A stretch of 46,769 nucleotides of DNA, taken from the IMG/VR virus record IMGVR_UViG_3300030109_005594, positions 1-46,769 of that record; one strand, 5' to 3'. Below are positions 44,902 to 46,769 of the stretch, piece by piece (within the stretch, counting starts at the first letter, position 1; each line of letters starts with the position of its first letter). The stretch comes from a virus (lineage: Duplodnaviria > Caudoviricetes). The notes under the pieces were generated by a model, which was not told where the DNA came from, made no database searches, and saw nothing but the letters and a program-made list of their open reading frames with translations. The translations under genes and the position numbers were made by a program.

Positions 44902-46355
44902 GACATGTTCAGATAATTCTAGGACCACCGGGCACTGGGAAAACCTCAACCTGCTTAAAAATTGTTGAAGATGCCTTGGGTCGTGGAGTTGCTCCTGAGC
45001 GTATTGCTTACCTAGCATTCACCCGTAAAGCTGCCTATGAAGCTCAGGAGAGGGCGATGCAACAATTCAAATTTGAGCAGGGGCGGTTGCCTTATTTCAG
45101 GACGTTGCACAGCTTGGCGTTCAGGATGCTTGAGTTGAAGCGTGACGAGATGATGACCCCATCACACTATCGGAAGCTGGGCAAGATTTTGGGCATTTCG
45201 TTTAAGGGAGTGTTTGATGAGGATCTGGGGTTGCATCTGGGAGATGGATTGGGTGACAAGTGCTCAAGAGTTGAGTCTCTTGCTCGTATCACGTTGCGAG
45301 GGATTGAGGAGGAGCACCACCGATTGAATTTGCCGGACTTAACGATTCACGCTGTAAAACAGTATGCCGAGGCGTTGAAAATCTACAAGGATGAGAATGG
45401 TCTGTATGATTTCACGGATCTTCTTGAAAATTATAATCATCCTCTGGACATTGAAATTGCCATTTTTGATGAGGCACAAGATCTTTCAGCATTGCAATAC
45501 AAAGTTGCTTTTAAGGTTGCTGAGAGGGCACAGGAGGTTTATGTGGCTGGTGACGATGATCAAGCTATTTTCAGTTGGGCTGGGGCTTCCAAAAAATTCT
45601 TGGAATTGAAGGGAGATCAAGTCATTTTGCCGCAAAGTTTTAGGATTCCACGGGCTGTGCATCGGTTGGCAATCGATGTGGTCAAGCGGATCAAGCACAG
45701 ATATGTGAAGCCTTGGAACCCTCGGATTGATGAGGGTCGAGTTGAGTATGTTGCTTCAGAGCAGGAGATTGAGTTCAATGATTCTGAGAGCTGGATGTTG
45801 TTGGCTCGCAGCAAATATCTTTTGAACAGGTTGAGGCAAGCTGTCCGGCAACAGGGGTTTGGCTACACCTACAATGGCAAAAACTCTTTGGATAATGAAA
45901 TGACTCGTGCGATTGTTTCTTGGGAAAGTCTGCGGAATGGTAAAAATTTGGGTCGGCACGAGGCTAAAAATCTTCTGCCATTCTTGGGCGTGAAGACAAG
46001 GTTGAAGTCGCAGGAAAGCTATGGAATTGAAGATTTTGGACTGCCCAAGGAAATCTTGTTGCAAGATTGGATGACCGTGTTGAAATCGATTCCAGCTGAA
46101 GAACGAGAGTACCTTCGGAGCTGTTTAAGGAATAACCAAAAATTTCATGTTGATCCAAAGATTGTTATTTCCACTATCCACCAATCAAAGGGTGGTGAGG
46201 CAGACAACGTTGTGCTGCTAACTGATATGGGTCGCAGAAGTTGGGAGAGTTTGGGCGAGGATGAAGAAAATCGGGTATGGTACGTTGCTCTGACAAGAAC
46301 TCGTGAAACTTTGTATTTGGTGCAGCCACGAGGCTTGAGATATTTTGAAATTTGA
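44898..46355 (+). CDS. UvrD/Rep-like SF1 helicase
   Basis: GPPGTGKT, AFTRKAA, TLHS, DEAQD, GDDDQAI, QSFR, STIHQSKGGE, YVALTR. Confidence 0.92.
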   Translation: MRHVQIILGPPGTGKTSTCLKIVEDALGRGVAPERIAYLAFTRKAAYEAQERAMQQFKFEQGRLPYFRTLHSLAFRMLELKRDEMMTPSHYRKLGKILGISFKGVFDEDLGLHLGDGLGDKCSRVESLARITLRGIEEEHHRLNLPDLTIHAVKQYAEALKIYKDENGLYDFTDLLENYNHPLDIEIAIFDEAQDLSALQYKVAFKVAERAQEVYVAGDDDQAIFSWAGASKKFLELKGDQVILPQSFRIPRAVHRLAIDVVKRIKHRYVKPWNPRIDEGRVEYVASEQEIEFNDSESWMLLARSKYLLNRLRQAVRQQGFGYTYNGKNSLDNEMTRAIVSWESLRNGKNLGRHEAKNLLPFLGVKTRLKSQESYGIEDFGLPKEILLQDWMTVLKSIPAEEREYLRSCLRNNQKFHVDPKIVISTIHQSKGGEADNVVLLTDMGRRSWESLGEDEENRVWYVALTRTRETLYLVQPRGLRYFEI

Positions 46356-46366
46356 GGAGGATAAAA

Positions 46367-46573
46367 ATGGATGATTTGGACGAATTGAAGTTGGCATTTA
46401 CCCTGGCTGTGGTGCACGGGTCTGCTTCAAAGAATCAGGTGATGAATCCTGATTTTGCAGATGAAATGGGGTATGGCAGCATGAGCGAATTTCAGGAGCA
46501 GTTGATTGAGACTGGAATTGGGTTGGCTGAGATTTTTCACTCTAAAGTCTTTAAGAAAAAGATGAGGCACTAA
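46367..46573 (+). CDS. hypothetical protein
   Basis: GAGGAGG RBS; start reassigned to MDDL. Confidence 0.65.
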   Translation: MDDLDELKLAFTLAVVHGSASKNQVMNPDFADEMGYGSMSEFQEQLIETGIGLAEIFHSKVFKKKMRH

Positions 46574-46769
46574 ATGATTTATATTTTTGCAGATTTGGAC
46601 GGAACCTTGATTGATTCAAGGGCAGGGCAATATTTGATTGACAAAAAGGATTTTGATGAATTTTCAAATCGGACAGATGAATATCCTGGATTTGAAGACA
46701 ATTGCAATTTGATTCGGATGGCTTGTTCATCGAGTGGTCAAAAAAAGATTTTGGTTATCTTCACGGCTC
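46574..46769 (+). CDS. HAD-superfamily phosphatase (PNK-phosphatase-like), truncated by the window end
   Basis: MIYIFADLDGTL (DxDGT motif I) and VIFTA (motif II). Confidence 0.75.
   Translation, partial: MIYIFADLDGTLIDSRAGQYLIDKKDFDEFSNRTDEYPGFEDNCNLIRMACSSSGQKKILVIFTA

Noticed and set aside
1-46769. tRNA, integrase, reverse transcriptase/DGR, intron, intein, terminal repeats
   Set aside because: No recognisable signatures by eye, and the window ends do not match each other as direct repeats; tRNAscan and HMM searches were not run

Overview
A 46.8-kb slice of a tailed dsDNA bacteriophage genome. It resembles marine podovirus-like phages with a P22-like portal and ejection-protein layout, a Mu-gpT-like capsid protein and a phage GroES. 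A long minus-strand block (about 4.2-40.9 kb) runs, in transcription order: small early genes, C5 DNA methyltransferase, TerS, TerL, portal, a ~9-kb accessory island, GroES, scaffold, major capsid, head-tail and tail genes, S74-chaperoned tail fibre, holin, M15 endolysin, GNAT and ejection proteins. Plus-strand arms carry early genes, a SleB-type hydrolase, an SNF2 helicase and a nuclease (1-4.2 kb), and an SSB-like protein, AEP primase, UvrD-like helicase and a truncated HAD phosphatase (41-46.8 kb). I recognised no DNA polymerase, integrase, tRNA or CRISPR, and the window is truncated. The most unusual feature is the island between portal and scaffold. It encodes stand-alone polyvalent-protein-type effector domains, including two ADP-ribosyltransferase-like folds, interleaved with small very basic proteins. 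Many island and ejection proteins carry a shared (L/F/I/V)G(A/V/S)L motif near their termini, and two unrelated proteins share a ~28-aa leader. This suggests an undescribed capsid-loading or injection tag. Other notable points are a candidate structured RNA after the capsid gene, a GTAAC/GTTAC origin-like element, duplicated early promoter-RBS cassettes and strong GGCC/CGCG/GCGC avoidance. All family calls come from motif recognition by eye, not database searches.
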